From: the human T2T-CHM13v2.0 reference genome, Homo sapiens
Assembly: GCF_009914755.1 (NCBI RefSeq)
Contig: NC_060936.1
DNA length: 64,000 bases
Direction: 5' to 3' (one strand)
Position 1 is the first letter of the stretch, and every line of letters begins with the position of its first letter. A model generated the notes under the pieces. It made no database searches. It had not been told where the DNA came from and was given only the letters and a program-made list of their open reading frames with translations. This document shows positions 32,953 to 48,434 of the stretch, in pieces. The position numbers and the translations under genes are program-made.

Positions 32953-33359
32953 GTCTCGCCTTTGCAGGGGGGCTCTCACCGGGCTCTGGGTTCACCCTCT
33001 GAGCCATGCTGCTTTGGGGTATTGTCTCTTGCCACTCAAGACCTGGGTTCCAGGATGAAACCATGCGTATCTGAGCCTCAGTTGCTGCGGGAGGAGAGCA
33101 AACCTTCTGCCATTCAATTCTAGAGCTATGTTTTAGCCATGCCCTGCACGGGAATGCTTTACTTTAAGGATGACAAGCATGCTCAAAATGTCTTTCAAAA
33201 CAAAATTTTGTCCTTTCCCTGGTTCCAGGCTGCGCTGGGGACTGCATGTGGGTGGGGAGAGACGTGAGACCGTGAGGTCTGTGGCTGAATGTTCCCTGTC
33301 AGGTGGCTCTTCACGAGCAGACAGACTTTTATGGTGGTGATTCTGGAATGAAAGAAGCC

Positions 33360-33620
33360 CCACTTGTAATCCCAGTACTTTGGGAGGCTGAGGTGGGTAG
33401 ATTGCTTGAGCCCAGGAATTTGAGACAAGCCTGGGCAACATGGAGAGACCCTATCTCTACTAAAAATTTTAAAAATTAAAAAATAAAATATTAAGATTAT
33501 TAATCAAATTAATATTAATATCGATATATTAATATTATTAAAATATATAAATGTATTTTATTTTATTATTTAATAATATATATTATTAAAAATAATTAAT
33601 ACAATAGTATTATTAAAAAG
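33360..33620 (+). mobile_element. Alu left-arm fragment followed by an AT-rich tract
   Basis: tgtaatcccagtactttgggagg...ctctactaaaaa then ~140 bp of A/T. Confidence 0.8.
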
Positions 33621-34044
33621 AGAAGTCCTGATACATCCGTTTGGTATCTGGGGGATTCAGGGGACCCATGTGGAGGCTCTGGCCTCACTAGTTCAGGTAG
33701 TTCCAGAAGGAAGCAGTGCAATGGCTTGAGTCAAAGGCATGTAAAGATAGTATAACATAGCAGTACTAGTTCAGTCACTTATCAGCCTCAGTTTCCTTAT
33801 CTGTCAGTGAGGGATTAGAAAAGCTCGCCTCTCTTGAGTACTTACGAAGGCAAAATGAGGTAGAGTTTTAAATGCTTAGCAAGAGCCGTTGCTTGTTATT
33901 AGTTAATACTTTTTGTTGGATACACACTATGTCCCAGGCGTTTTTGCAGTCAGTATATCTCATCCTCTTATTAGTATCAGTGCTATTGCAAATGTCCTTG
34001 GGATGTCTTGGCCCTGAAACTGGAATTGCTGTGTTTTGGGGCAG

Positions 34045-34248
34045 ATCGAGGAGTCCGTGCGCTACATGGTTATGCGCTACGGCAGCCGGCTGTGGAAACT
34101 CCGTGTGCTACAGGCTGAGGTCAAGATCAACATCCGCCAGACCACCACCGGCAGTGCCGTTCCCATCCGCCTGTTCATCACCAATGAGTCGGGCTACTAC
34201 CTGGACATCAGCCTCTACAAAGAAGTGACTGACTCCAGATCTGGAAAT
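34045..34248 (+). CDS. ACACB: ACACB coding exon IEESVRY...SRSGN
   Basis: cag|ATC ... AAT|gtaagg; 204 nt. Confidence 0.96.
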
Positions 34249-35403
34249 GTAAGGCTGGCCCGCGCCGTGGGGGTCTAAGTCAAAGCAGAAGCAGGCTGCT
34301 TGGGCCATCAATTTGTAGATTAAGATGGCATTTGGAGGCGGTCTTGCCTTGCTCTCCCATGTCATTCTGGGTTGGGGTAGCCCCCTCTGAGTGTTATGTT
34401 AAATGTGTTAGCCTTTGAATCTTGGTTTTTCACTCACCTAAAAAGGAGAGTGAATCTCCAAGTTTAATCCATTCTGTGGCCATGTTGGATTTTTGATAGA
34501 GACAAGGTGTCACCATATTGGCCAGGCTGGTCTCGAATTCCTGACTTCAAGTGATCTGCCCGCCTCGACCTCCAAAGTGCTGGGATTATAGGCGTGAGCC
34601 ACCACGCCTGGCCATATGGCCATATTTGGGATAAGTTGTGCACTACTGTGGTTGACTGTAATGCAGTCCTCAGATTGGTTCACTTAGGGAAATACTTTCC
34701 CAACCATGTTCTAGGACAGACTTTTGTAAAGTGAATTAAATGTTCTTTTGACTGCCATTTAAATTCCTATGTGTGTACATAAAAATATACATATATATAC
34801 ACGCCATTTTTTAAAGAGATATTGCCTAGACTGGGCCTGAACTCCTGGGTTCAAGCAATCTTCTGGCCTCAGCCTCCCAAGTAGCTGGGACTACAGGCAC
34901 ATGCCATTGTGCCTGGTCTATGCACTTTTTATTTTGGAGTAATTGAAGACTGAAGACTCTCAAGCAGTTGCAAAATTAGTACAGAAGAAAAAAAATAGTG
35001 CAGAGGATTTTCACCCAGTTTCCCCCAATGGTAATGTTGATTGAACTTCACCATTGCACATCATTAAAACAGGAAATTGACATTGGCACAGGACTGTTCG
35101 CACCAACACTGACCACGTTCGGATTTCACCAGCGTTTCCATGCATGCCTGTTGTTGGGAGTGTGAGATGCCTTGATCACTGTATTTTTGGAACTGCATTC
35201 CACAGCCCCTGTTGTCCCTTCTTGTTCTGGCCCTCCACAGTGGTGAAGAAGGGAGTTTTACGTAGCCCAGGCACTCACTTTGTCATGCCATGTGACATGC
35301 TTTGCTTCCCCCACCTGCATTTTCATTGAGGACTGGGCAGAAATAAATTGGGGGAGATGTGTGATTCTCTCTCACTCTCTGTTTTCCCTCCTTTCTGGTC
35401 CAG

Positions 35404-35559
35404 ATCATGTTTCACTCCTTCGGCAACAAGCAAGGGCCCCAGCACGGGATGCTGATCAATACTCCCTACGTCACCAAGGATCTGCTCCAGGCCAAGCGAT
35501 TCCAGGCCCAGACCCTGGGAACCACCTACATCTATGACTTCCCGGAAATGTTCAGGCAG
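35404..35559 (+). CDS. ACACB: ACACB coding exon IMFHSFG...EMFRQ, GC donor
   Basis: cag|ATC ... CAG|gcaagt; 156 nt. Confidence 0.94.
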
Positions 35560-35673
35560 GCAAGTCCGGCGGCTCAGACGCGGTACCCCCTGGGTCCTCC
35601 CAGCAGACTCCACCAGAACCAAAGCCCATCCTTAATTCTCCTTCTAAAGACCTAGTCTAAAGGACAAGGTCTT

Positions 35674-35945
<272 letters not shown>

Positions 35946-36210
35946 CAAGGTCTGCATTGAAGAAAAAGAAATGAATGTGTTGAGAACGACTTCATAGTAT
36001 TTTTCTCCAAATAAGACTAATTTATCCCAATGATAAAAGTCATAGGATATAGAAACTTCAGAAAATAAAGGAGGTTGGAACAAAGAAAAAATAATTCCTA
36101 GTCCCACACTCTGATGACAAATTGCTTAACATTTTGATGTGTTTCCTTCTGGTCTTTTTAATGGTCATTTATTAAGTACCTGCTACTTACCAGGCACCAT
36201 TCGAAGTCTA

Positions 36211-36727
<517 letters not shown>

Positions 36728-36845
36728 TCAAGTATTTTTTATGCCTTTATATGTTTATGCCCTAGGGGCTTTAAAGGAGCCTGAACCACTGACATTGGTG
36801 ATGTGAATGTCTCTTCATTTTCCAGGATTGCTTTGGAATGACATT

Positions 36846-37136
<291 letters not shown>

Positions 37137-37885
37137 GAATGACGTTCATGAAACCAAGGTCAAGGACCTTCCAGTGTAGGCAGGAAGCATCTGTTCCTAC
37201 CTCTGCCTATGCCTCATGCATAGAGGATATGAAAGAGTAGGAAAAGCTGCTCTTTAGAGTAACTCGGGCCTCAGCTCGAATGCTGGATCTGTCCCCTTGC
37301 TTCCTGCTGTCCCTAGCCAAGTTCCTTCACCTCTCTGGGCCTCAGTTTCCTCTTCTGTAAAATAAGAATAATAACAGTACCTACCAAAAGTTGTTGGAAA
37401 AGTGTATGTATTCAGTGGGCGCTTAATAAGTGGAAACTTATGATTAAGAATGTCATTGTCTGTATCCTTTTGCCTTTGACCTCAAGAGCTATAAGGGAAG
37501 AAACATGACTGAACCAGAAGCAAATCCATCGTCTCTTTTTTAGATAAATCCATTGTCTCTTTTTTACAGGCATGAGCCACCATGCCTGGCTAATTTTTTT
37601 ATTTATAGTGGAGACAGGGTTTCACTATGTTGGCCAGGCTGGTCTCAAACTCCCGGCCTCAGGTGATCTGCCTGCCTCAGCCTCCCGAAGTGTTTGGATT
37701 ACAGGCATGAGCCACCACACCCAGCTGTCTGTCTGTCTGTCTGCCTCTATATCTATATCTATGTCTATATCTATCTATTTATCTATCTATCTATCGAGAG
37801 AATGGAAAACTGAACAGCAGACCAGAGCTAAATTTATCAATATGGATAAATCTCTCAAACAAAGAGGAGTAGAAAAAGTAATTTG

Positions 37886-38193
<308 letters not shown>

Positions 38194-38594
38194 TTATTTA
38201 AAGTTTGCAGTGCAAAACGATACTGTATGTTTCCAATGTATGCATACAGGATAAAGGAAAATGAAAAAAAAAGCATGCATAGGACTGGGTAGGCACTGAA
38301 TTCAAGGGAATGGTCACCTGTGGGTTGGAGTTGGGAGGAAGAATGAGCTGGGGCTTCAATCGCATCTTTCTTCTTTCTTTCAAAAACTTTAAACAACTAT
38401 GGAAAAATCAAGATTTGACAGAGCCACTGGATGGGTGCTCATATTTAAATATGCTTTAAATATTTCATGATTCAAAAAGAGAGAGTGAACTACAGAATTC
38501 ACCCTGGAATCATGACAGATCATCTCTGTCTGGGAAAGATAGTTCTTCCCTACTGATGACTTCAAGTTTTTTCTCTTTCCTCTTCTCTCCCCAG

Positions 38595-38717
38595 GCTCTC
38601 TTTAAACTGTGGGGCTCCCCAGACAAGTATCCCAAAGACATCCTGACATACACTGAATTAGTGTTGGACTCTCAGGGCCAGCTGGTGGAGATGAACCGAC
38701 TTCCTGGTGGAAATGAG
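38595..38717 (+). CDS. ACACB: ACACB coding exon ALFKLWG...PGGNE
   Basis: cag|GCT ... GAG|gtaata; 123 nt. Confidence 0.96.
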
Positions 38718-38738
38718 GTAATAGCTCAGCGGAGCCTA

Positions 38739-39090
<352 letters not shown>

Positions 39091-39147
39091 AAAGTTTTCC
39101 CCCAAAGAAACAAACTCATTTTCCTTGTGCATTCATCCCCTTGCCAG

Positions 39148-39417
39148 GTGGGCATGGTGGCCTTCAAAATGAGGTTTAAGACCCAGGAGTACCCGGAAGG
39201 ACGGGATGTGATCGTCATCGGCAATGACATCACCTTTCGCATTGGATCCTTTGGCCCTGGAGAGGACCTTCTGTACCTGCGGGCATCCAAGATGGCCCGG
39301 GCAGAGGGCATTCCCAAAATTTACGTGGCAGCCAACAGTGGCGCCCGTATTGGCATGGCAGAGGAGATCAAACACATGTTCCACGTGGCTTGGGTGGACC
39401 CAGAAGACCCCCACAAA
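39148..39417 (+). CDS. ACACB: ACACB coding exon VGMVAFK...AANSGARIG...EDPHK (CT domain)
   Basis: cag|GTG ... AAA|gtacgt; 270 nt. Confidence 0.96.
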
Positions 39418-39767
39418 GTACGTCGTGAAACTGGCGGGGCAGGGTGATTCTGCTCAGCTACTACTGTATTTTCAGTGGGAGTGCTAGCACCTGCAAGAGG
39501 TGAAAAAAATCTCACTTATGTATAAAGCACAGATGTACATGTAGTGTATAAACAGGCATACAGTGTATCAGTGATACTAACATTTCACTGTGGCGGGGGG
39601 GATGGTGATGAGAAAAAAAAGATCTAAAAAGGCTCCTTAACGGGGATAATGAAAAAAGTCTATAAACCCTGAGCTGATATACACTGAGCGCTCCTGAATG
39701 CAGTGTGCACTGAGAATGCAGAGGTGATTGTGTCAACTCCCTGGCCTCATAGCGTTCTTAGAATTAT

Positions 39768-40046
39768 GGCTCACACCTGTCATCCCAGCAACTCAGGAGG
39801 CTTGGGTGGGAGGATAGCTTGAAGCCAGGAATTCATGACCAAGCTAGGTAACCTAGGCAGCATAGCCAGACTTCGTCTCTACTAATGAAAAAACTAGATG
39901 AGCATGATGGTGCCTGCCTGTAGTCAGCCTCAGCTACTTGGGAAGTTGAAGTGGGAGGATCACTTGGAGCCCAGGAGTTCAAGGCTGCAGTGAGCCATGA
40001 TCATCATACCACTGCACTCCAGACTGGGCAACTGAGTGAGACCCCC
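39768..40046 (+). mobile_element. Alu (J-like)
   Basis: Diverged dimer. Confidence 0.85.
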
Positions 40047-40574
40047 CATCTCAAAAAAAAAGAAAAATCTTTGGGGAGTTGTATAGATACCAGCTTGCCA
40101 TAAAAGGCAAGATGAATGAGGGAAGCGCACGCATTCTGTGATGTGAAATGACAGGGGACAGTCATCCTTTCCATTCAGAGCATGCATTCTCGGGGGCGAT
40201 ATTGCCCACTACCCCCAAGAAGACAGAAAAATAATTTTTGGGGTGGCAATAAAATATTTTTTAACATATATACATATACAGAGTATGTAAATAGTGGTTA
40301 AACAGTGTATCTTGAAAATTAAAATTTCATGTTGGGGTGCTGGCAATAAGAAATAAAAATGAGATAGTCCTTAGAGGAGAGCTTAGCTCAAAGCAGAACT
40401 TCAGTTTATGGCTGTTATTAATACGGTATTTACATGAGATGTGTTAATGTGTCATTGACATGTTACTAACATGTTATTAACATCCATCCCTACGATGTTC
40501 ACATTAAGAAAAAAAAAACAGTGGCTTTCAGTGCAGGGAACTGGATTCGTAGCCTCACTAAAGTATTTTTTAAG

Positions 40575-40672
40575 GGATTTAAATACCTGTACCTGACTCC
40601 CCAAGACTACACCAGAATCAGCTCCCTGAACTCCGTCCACTGTAAACACATCGAGGAAGGAGGAGAGTCCAG
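40575..40672 (+). CDS. ACACB: ACACB coding exon GFKYLYL...GGES(R)
   Basis: aag|GGA ... AG|gtaaat; 98 nt. Confidence 0.95.
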
Positions 40673-41242
40673 GTAAATAACTTATCAGGTAGCTCCTTAA
40701 TTTTGCTCGTGGTTAATTTCAGCTGTCTTCTTTCCTCGGGGCTTGTGGCGATATTTTCCAGTGGGGTGGTGGTGTTTGTATGATGGGAACCAATGCCTGT
40801 TGGGGGCACTGATGCCTTAAACATTTGTTAAACTCTCCAAGGTGAGTCCATCCTTGTCATTCTAAAATGAGTGACTCCTTTCACAAAAAATAGCACGTCA
40901 TGTAGGGAGAATGAGATTGGATTCTCGTGAATCTCCTAGGAGCCGCAGGCTCACATTTTGTGACCAAACTGATGCAGCGGTGACTTGGCAAACTGGGAAG
41001 GTATGGGTGGGGCAGAGAGAGGTCTGTTCTTCGAGAGCATTCAAAGGCTACTATCTTTTCCAGGACAAGTTATGTTTTTCTCAGTGGGATTAACTGACTC
41101 AGGATTTCCTAGACTGGGTTTTTTGCAATGTTAGTGACAAGCTGGGGGGAAATTCCATAGTCAGATGAGTTTGGGAAACACTGGGTTAAATGAGATCTCA
41201 TAAACATCTTTATTGCAGACCTTCTTAGTACCTGTAGCATGC

Positions 41243-41791
41243 TGTATTAGTCAGCGTTCTCCAGAGGGACAGGACTAGTAGGATATATGTATATATGAAA
41301 GGGACTTTATTAAGGAGAATTGACTCACATGATCATAAGGTGAAGTCCCATGATAGGCTGTCTGCAAGCTGAGGAGCAAGGAAGCCAGTAGTGGCTCGGT
41401 CTGAGTCTAAAAGCCTCAAAAGTAGGGAAGCCAATAGTGCAGCCTTCAGTGGCCAAAGGCCTGAGGGCCCCTGGCAAACCACTGGCGTGAGTCCAAGAGT
41501 CCAAAGGCCGAAGAACCTGGAGTCTGATGTTTGAGGGCAGGAAGCTTCCAGCATGTGAGAAAGATGAAAGCCAGAAGACTCAGCAAGGCAGCTTACTCCA
41601 CCTTCTTTCACCTGCTTTTTCTAGCCGCGCTGGCAGCTGGATGACTGGATGGTGCGCACCCACATTGAGGATGGGTCTTCCTCTCCCAGTCCACTGACTC
41701 AAATGTTAATCTCCTCTAGCAACACCCTCAAAGACACACCCAGAAACAGTACTTTGCATCCTAAAGTTGACACTTAATATTAACCATCACA
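41243..41791 (-). mobile_element. MLT2A2-like (HERV-L) solo LTR
   Basis: tgtattagtcagcgttctccagagg...ttaaccatcaca; TG...CA ends; perfect 5-bp TSD CATGC; 549 bp. Confidence 0.88.
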
Positions 41792-41989
41792 CATGCTAAA
41801 GTGCATTGTGAATCTCTAACAGAGGCTGGCGGGACAGTGTTTCTCATTATGTGGCCCTGGAATTTTTGATTGATTGATTGTGAACGGGTTTCCTCTGTGT
41901 ACCCCCATCTCTCTGTAGACCGTTGGAGGAATATGGGCCGAGGGTGATATTTCACTGAGACAGCCCCTGAACAGGCAGATATCTTTGGT

Positions 41990-42755
<766 letters not shown>

Positions 42756-42952
42756 TGATGCTGCACTTGCCCTTTTAGAAATCTTAGCACTCATTTTGAG
42801 GGTTCTAGATGCCAATTTCATTTTGCCTCTGGATGCTTTGTCTGCTTCCAATCTCTCACCTTGCTGCCCAGTCAGTCCCTTCTTGGGAAATGCATCCACC
42901 TTGGATTTTTTGGGGCTAGAGCCCAGCCTTTAACCTGTGCTTGCTTTTGAAG

Positions 42953-43073
42953 ATACATGATCACGGATATCATCGGGAAGGATGATGGCTTGGGCGTGGA
43001 GAATCTGAGGGGCTCAGGCATGATTGCTGGGGAGTCCTCTCTGGCTTACGAAGAGATCGTCACCATTAGCTTG
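42953..43073 (+). CDS. ACACB: ACACB coding exon YMITDII...VTISL
   Basis: aag|A TAC ... TTG|gtgagt; 121 nt. Confidence 0.96.
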
Positions 43074-43595
43074 GTGAGTCTTCTTCTATTTTCTCTTACT
43101 TTTCAACTTTCCATTATAGAAACTTTAAAATTGTCACAAAATTAGAGAGAATCAATAATAAGCCCCATGTGCCCGTCACATACCTCCTACAGTTACCACA
43201 TGCCAGCCCACTGATATTTCCTCAATCTCACCCCCATCCCCTGCACCTGTTTTAGAGTATTTTAAAGCCAGCCCCCATCATGTCTTTTCATCCATAAATA
43301 TGTAAGGGTAGATCTTTAACAGATAATGACTCTCACCCTCTTCCCCCGGTTTTTAAAAACATAACTGAAATACTAATATTACACCCAACAGAATCAGCAA
43401 TATCATTGAAACCCAGTGTGGTTTAACAGTTATCTCAAAATACCCTTTTCTAGTGGTTTGTTTGAATCAGGGTCCAATCTCATCTTATTTTCAAGGTACT
43501 GAATGTTTAGAAGAACTTTTCTCTGACTTTAACTGGCATATAAGGAGTAGTCCCCATCCCATCCCCATGGCCTTTCCAAAAATGTTTTCTGTTTC

Positions 43596-43710
43596 TAGTA
43601 GTAGTACTACTGTAGTAGTAGTAGTAGTACTAGTAGTAATTCTAGTACTAGCAGTGGTGGTAGTAGTGGTGGTGGTAGTAGTAGTAGTGGTAGTAGTGTT
43701 TGTGGTGGTG
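43596..43710. repeat. (GTA/GTG)n trinucleotide repeat
   Basis: gtagtagtagtactagtagta...gtggtggtagtag. Confidence 0.9.
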
Positions 43711-44323
43711 AATCTGTATGGGTCTAAGGCAGAGTGAGAGACCGAGGCAAGTTTCTCAGCAGGAGTGAAAGTTTATTAAAAAGTTTTAAAGCAAGAATGA
43801 AATGAAGTACACTTGGAAGAGGGCCAAACAAGGCAACCTGAGAGATCCAAGTGCCTCATCCAACCCTTTTGAGGTTTTATGCATTGGCATGATTCCAGGG
43901 TTTGTGTTTCTTCTCCCCTGATTCTTCCCTTGGGGTGGGCTGTCTGCATGCACGTGGTCTGCCAGCACTTAGGAGGGGCCGCATGAACAGTGTGTTTACT
44001 GAAGTTGTGTGCATGCTCACTTGAGGCTTTCCTCCTTTACCAGTCGAGTGTTCCTAGAAGAAGGGCACGGTACCAGATAAACTCTGCCATCTTACCTCTT
44101 AGCATGCATGCTTGAGCCCACCCACCCAGCTCCTGAGATCTTATGGGGAAGCTGCTTATCACTAGCTTCAGGTGTTTTCTATCTATCAGGAGATTGCCTT
44201 TCCCTGGAGCCAGCTGTGACCAATATTAATTTTAGAGAGACACTTTAGCAACTGCCTAACTATCACCTGATGGTTGCCTTCCTCTCCTGCCCTGCTCATG
44301 TCTGCTTAACTACCTACTCTAAC
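43703..44323 (-). mobile_element. MER51-like ERV1 LTR
   Basis: gagaccgaggcaagttt...aaagtttattaaaaag...ctacctactctaaca. Confidence 0.75.
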
Positions 44324-45014
44324 AGCAGCAGCAGCAGGAATAATAGTACTCTTTAATGATAAACTGCCTTGGAAGGCCTTATTTGTACATGCAATGTTGA
44401 ATCTTCAGTTTCCAAGTGGAAAATGTTGGTCATAAGCATCTTCCTTGGGCTTGTTTTCTAGATTATATGTATAGTCTTTTTATTTTGAAGTCATCTAGGA
44501 CCCACCGTAAGTTATAAGATACTACAGAGAATTTCCAAGTACCCTTCACCCAGCTTCCCCTATGGTACTTACATAACCGTAGTACATTATCGAAACCAGG
44601 AAACTGACATTGGCACAATATTGTTAACTCAGTACAGACCTTATTTTGAATTTCACCAGTTTTTACATGCACTCCTAGGTGTCCTTTTGGTTGTTAAGAG
44701 GCTGCAATGGCCCATGAATGCCCAGGCTCAGAAGAGCTGCACACAAGCCTCTTAAAATCTGAAACATTCACTGTCTGCTGCTTGTCTTTACAGCAATCTT
44801 TGTTAACCATGTTATTTCCAGATAGGAATCCAAGCTCAATAAAGTGGCCTGAAGAATAGGCTTTTGCCTCTACTGTGGTTTGGCTCCAAATCGGGTTGCC
44901 ATTGGTCAAAACATAACTTCCATTTGGTCCCAGCAGGTTCCTGGACTCTTCCCTGCTGTGGGGGGTGGGTCCCTCGCCACTCTCCAGAATTCAGAGGGGG
45001 TCCTCTCTCCACAG

Positions 45015-45125
45015 GTGACCTGCCGAGCCATTGGGATTGGGGCCTACTTGGTGAGGCTGGGCCAGCGAGTGATCCAGGTGGAGAATTCCCACATCATCCT
45101 CACAGGAGCAAGTGCTCTCAACAAG
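45015..45125 (+). CDS. ACACB: ACACB coding exon VTCRAIG...SALNK
   Basis: cag|GTG ... AAG|gtgacc; 111 nt. Confidence 0.96.
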
Positions 45126-45584
45126 GTGACCAAAAAGGGGCCTGTGCAGAGTGGATCCTTGGGGGCCAGGAGTCATTTTAACATTCCCATTGGTCTCTGG
45201 TGGGGGATTTTTCTCAATATGAAGCCAGTTTCATTCCTACTGATACAAGAGCTCTTTTTTTCCAATTTGCAGCTATCTGGGTCCTTATGAGAAAAAAAAA
45301 ATTAGTTTTAGGCAATTCTGGTCGATCTAACTCCCTGTATTACTGACATTTTAAAACAAATTATTGAAGTGCCATTACACATTGCAGAAAATTAGAAAAG
45401 GAACCCCCCAAAAAAGTAATTTTGCAGCTTCTATCATTCTGGTATAGTTCCCTCTCATCTTCTGTCTTTATGTGGTTAATTTATAGTGAATATGCAGTTT
45501 TGTATTCTACTTTTTTCACTGTATTAAAACATTTTCCTTGTTGAAAAGTCTCTATACTTAATGTCTGCTCAAATCTCAGCCAAA

Positions 45585-45912
45585 GTCTCAAAGCCTGGTT
45601 CTTGAACCAACAGCATCAGCATCAGATGGGAACTTGTCAGAAATGCACATCCTCAAGCCCTGCTGCAGACCTGCTGAATCAGAAACACTAGCTAGGGTTT
45701 TGCTTTTGAGATGGTCAAGGTAGAAGTCAGCTGCATCACCAGTTCTCAAATTGGCCTGCATATTGGAATTATCTAGAAACTAAAAAACAAACAAAACACA
45801 AAAACTAATTCCTCGAAGATTCTGATATAATTGGTCTGGATGTAGCCTGAGCATCAGGATTTGTGAAATCTCCTGGGTGATTCTAATGTGTAGCCAGGAT
45901 TGAGAAGCACTG
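45585..45912. mobile_element. MER5A-like hAT fragments
   Basis: cagcatcagcatc...gacctgctgaatcagaaac; ggtgattctaatgtgtagccaggattgagaagcactg. Confidence 0.65.
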
Positions 45913-45983
45913 AGATGATTTCCAAACAGGTGGTAGAGCCCTGCACCGTGCAGGACATTGCTAACCATGTTGTGTCAAAGCAG

Positions 45984-46127
45984 GTCCTGGGAAGAGAGGT
46001 CTACACATCCAACAACCAGCTGGGTGGCGTTCAGATCATGCATTACAATGGTGTCTCCCACATCACCGTGCCAGATGACTTTGAGGGGGTTTATACCATC
46101 CTGGAGTGGCTGTCCTATATGCCAAAG
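45984..46127 (+). CDS. ACACB: ACACB coding exon VLGREVY...SYMPK
   Basis: aagcag|GTC ... AAG|gtgcag; 144 nt; branch-point-like GCTAAC at about -20. Confidence 0.94.
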
Positions 46128-47182
46128 GTGCAGTACTCCCCCTGCAGCTTAGAACCTGGAAGACTCTTATTAAGCTCATTGGCTAATTCTGTCCCTGTCA
46201 CCTCCTGGGTGGTGTGGGAGGCTGAGGAGCAGGAAGCACTGCACATGTGGCTGGGGTTGATTTTTCTTACTCCTTCTTCCTTCTCTGATGCCCAGCCCTG
46301 TACTAGGTGTCCTTTGCTCTTTTGGTGGCACTAATGCCATTGTAAGGATGCTATCTGTTAATCCTTTAGAAAGAGGTAGTATTGCCTCTTGACAAGAGGC
46401 AGCATTGGACAATACTGAGTCTTTAAGCTTTACAGTCAGGCTGGATTTGATTCCTGCCTTCCTCCTCGGTAGCTGTAAGACACTGGGAGAGTCCCTAAGT
46501 TTTTCTGAGCCTGTTTCCTCATCTGTGAAATGAGAATAATAATAGCACCTAACTCATGGTGTTATCATGATGATTAAGTGAAGTGATATTTAAAGCACAA
46601 CGTTTGGTAGGTCCTCACCAAAGTAAGAAGGGGACAATCGTGGGCACAGTTCTTGGTTAACTGTAACATTCCTTACAAATGAGTGAGGTTGTCATTCTTC
46701 ATTATAACCATTTCTGAGAGGTTGGGTTTACAGAGTTCAGGTCATTCCAGATCTTCTGCCAAGAACCCCAAGTCACAAATGTCAGTTTGTATTCCCAAGT
46801 GCCCCTTTTCCCCATCTGCATGCCATCTGTTACCACTCTCTGCAACCAATCTCTTTTTCTTTCTTTTAAGATGTTTTTCCTCCTATCTGACCATATATAG
46901 CAGTAGCAACCCTTTCCTGCGTTTCTGTAACTTCCCAGCATCAGTGACACCATCTGAACCGGGAAGCACACTCAGGAGTTCATAAACTAGATTTCAGAAG
47001 AATCCATGGGATGGCCAGTCCTTATCTGGCATTTTCCAATCAGAGCAGTGGCTTCAGGAGCCCTAGGGAGGGGATATTGCTGCATAACCAGGCATAATCA
47101 TAGTCAGAGGAGCAAAGTGCTGATCAGAGGTATTATTGACAAGCACCACAGACTGAGTCAGAGACTTGGCTTTCTTTTTTAG

Positions 47183-47303
47183 GATAATCACAGCCCTGTC
47201 CCTATCATCACACCCATTGACCCCATTGACAGAGAAATTGAATTCCTCCCATCCAGAGCTCCCTACGACCCCCGGTGGATGCTTGCAGGAAGGCCTCACC
47301 CAA
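47183..47303 (+). CDS. ACACB: ACACB coding exon DNHSPVP...GRPHP(T)
   Basis: tag|GAT ... A|gtaagt; 121 nt. Confidence 0.96.
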
Positions 47304-47749
47304 GTAAGTTCTAAAGTATTTTGCCTAGGACCTGGTCTCGGGTTTCTTTCTAGGGCTTGAGACAAAGGAGCACTTTGTCTCAAGCGCTTGAGACAAAGGC
47401 TTGATATTCGTTCTCATATCCCAGAGAGGTATACCTGAAATCAAATGCAGGGAAAGTAGAGAAATGGAGATTTTACTCTAGGCTTTTCCTGAGCCATTGA
47501 CCAAGAAGGGGTGGAAACAGCCTCCAGTTTCTGGAGCTAATAGATGGAGGTGGGGTGCAATGGTGGTCCTGGTCTCCCTCCCCTGATGCTCCATGCTCCG
47601 TGGTCTCTAACTGCCCCACTGTCTCATCAGTAGAAAATTCAGTGCTGAAACATCAGAGTTTCAAAGAGAAGACTGCATCTTTCTCTTTCTTTCTCTCTTA
47701 CAAAGGAACTCTGTGAGTTTACACAGGATAGGCAATCTGGTCTCCTCTT

Positions 47750-48434
<685 letters not shown>

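Noticed and set aside
43453-43737. Poly-Val ORF resembling a transmembrane helix
   Set aside because: Translation of the (GTA/GTG)n microsatellite
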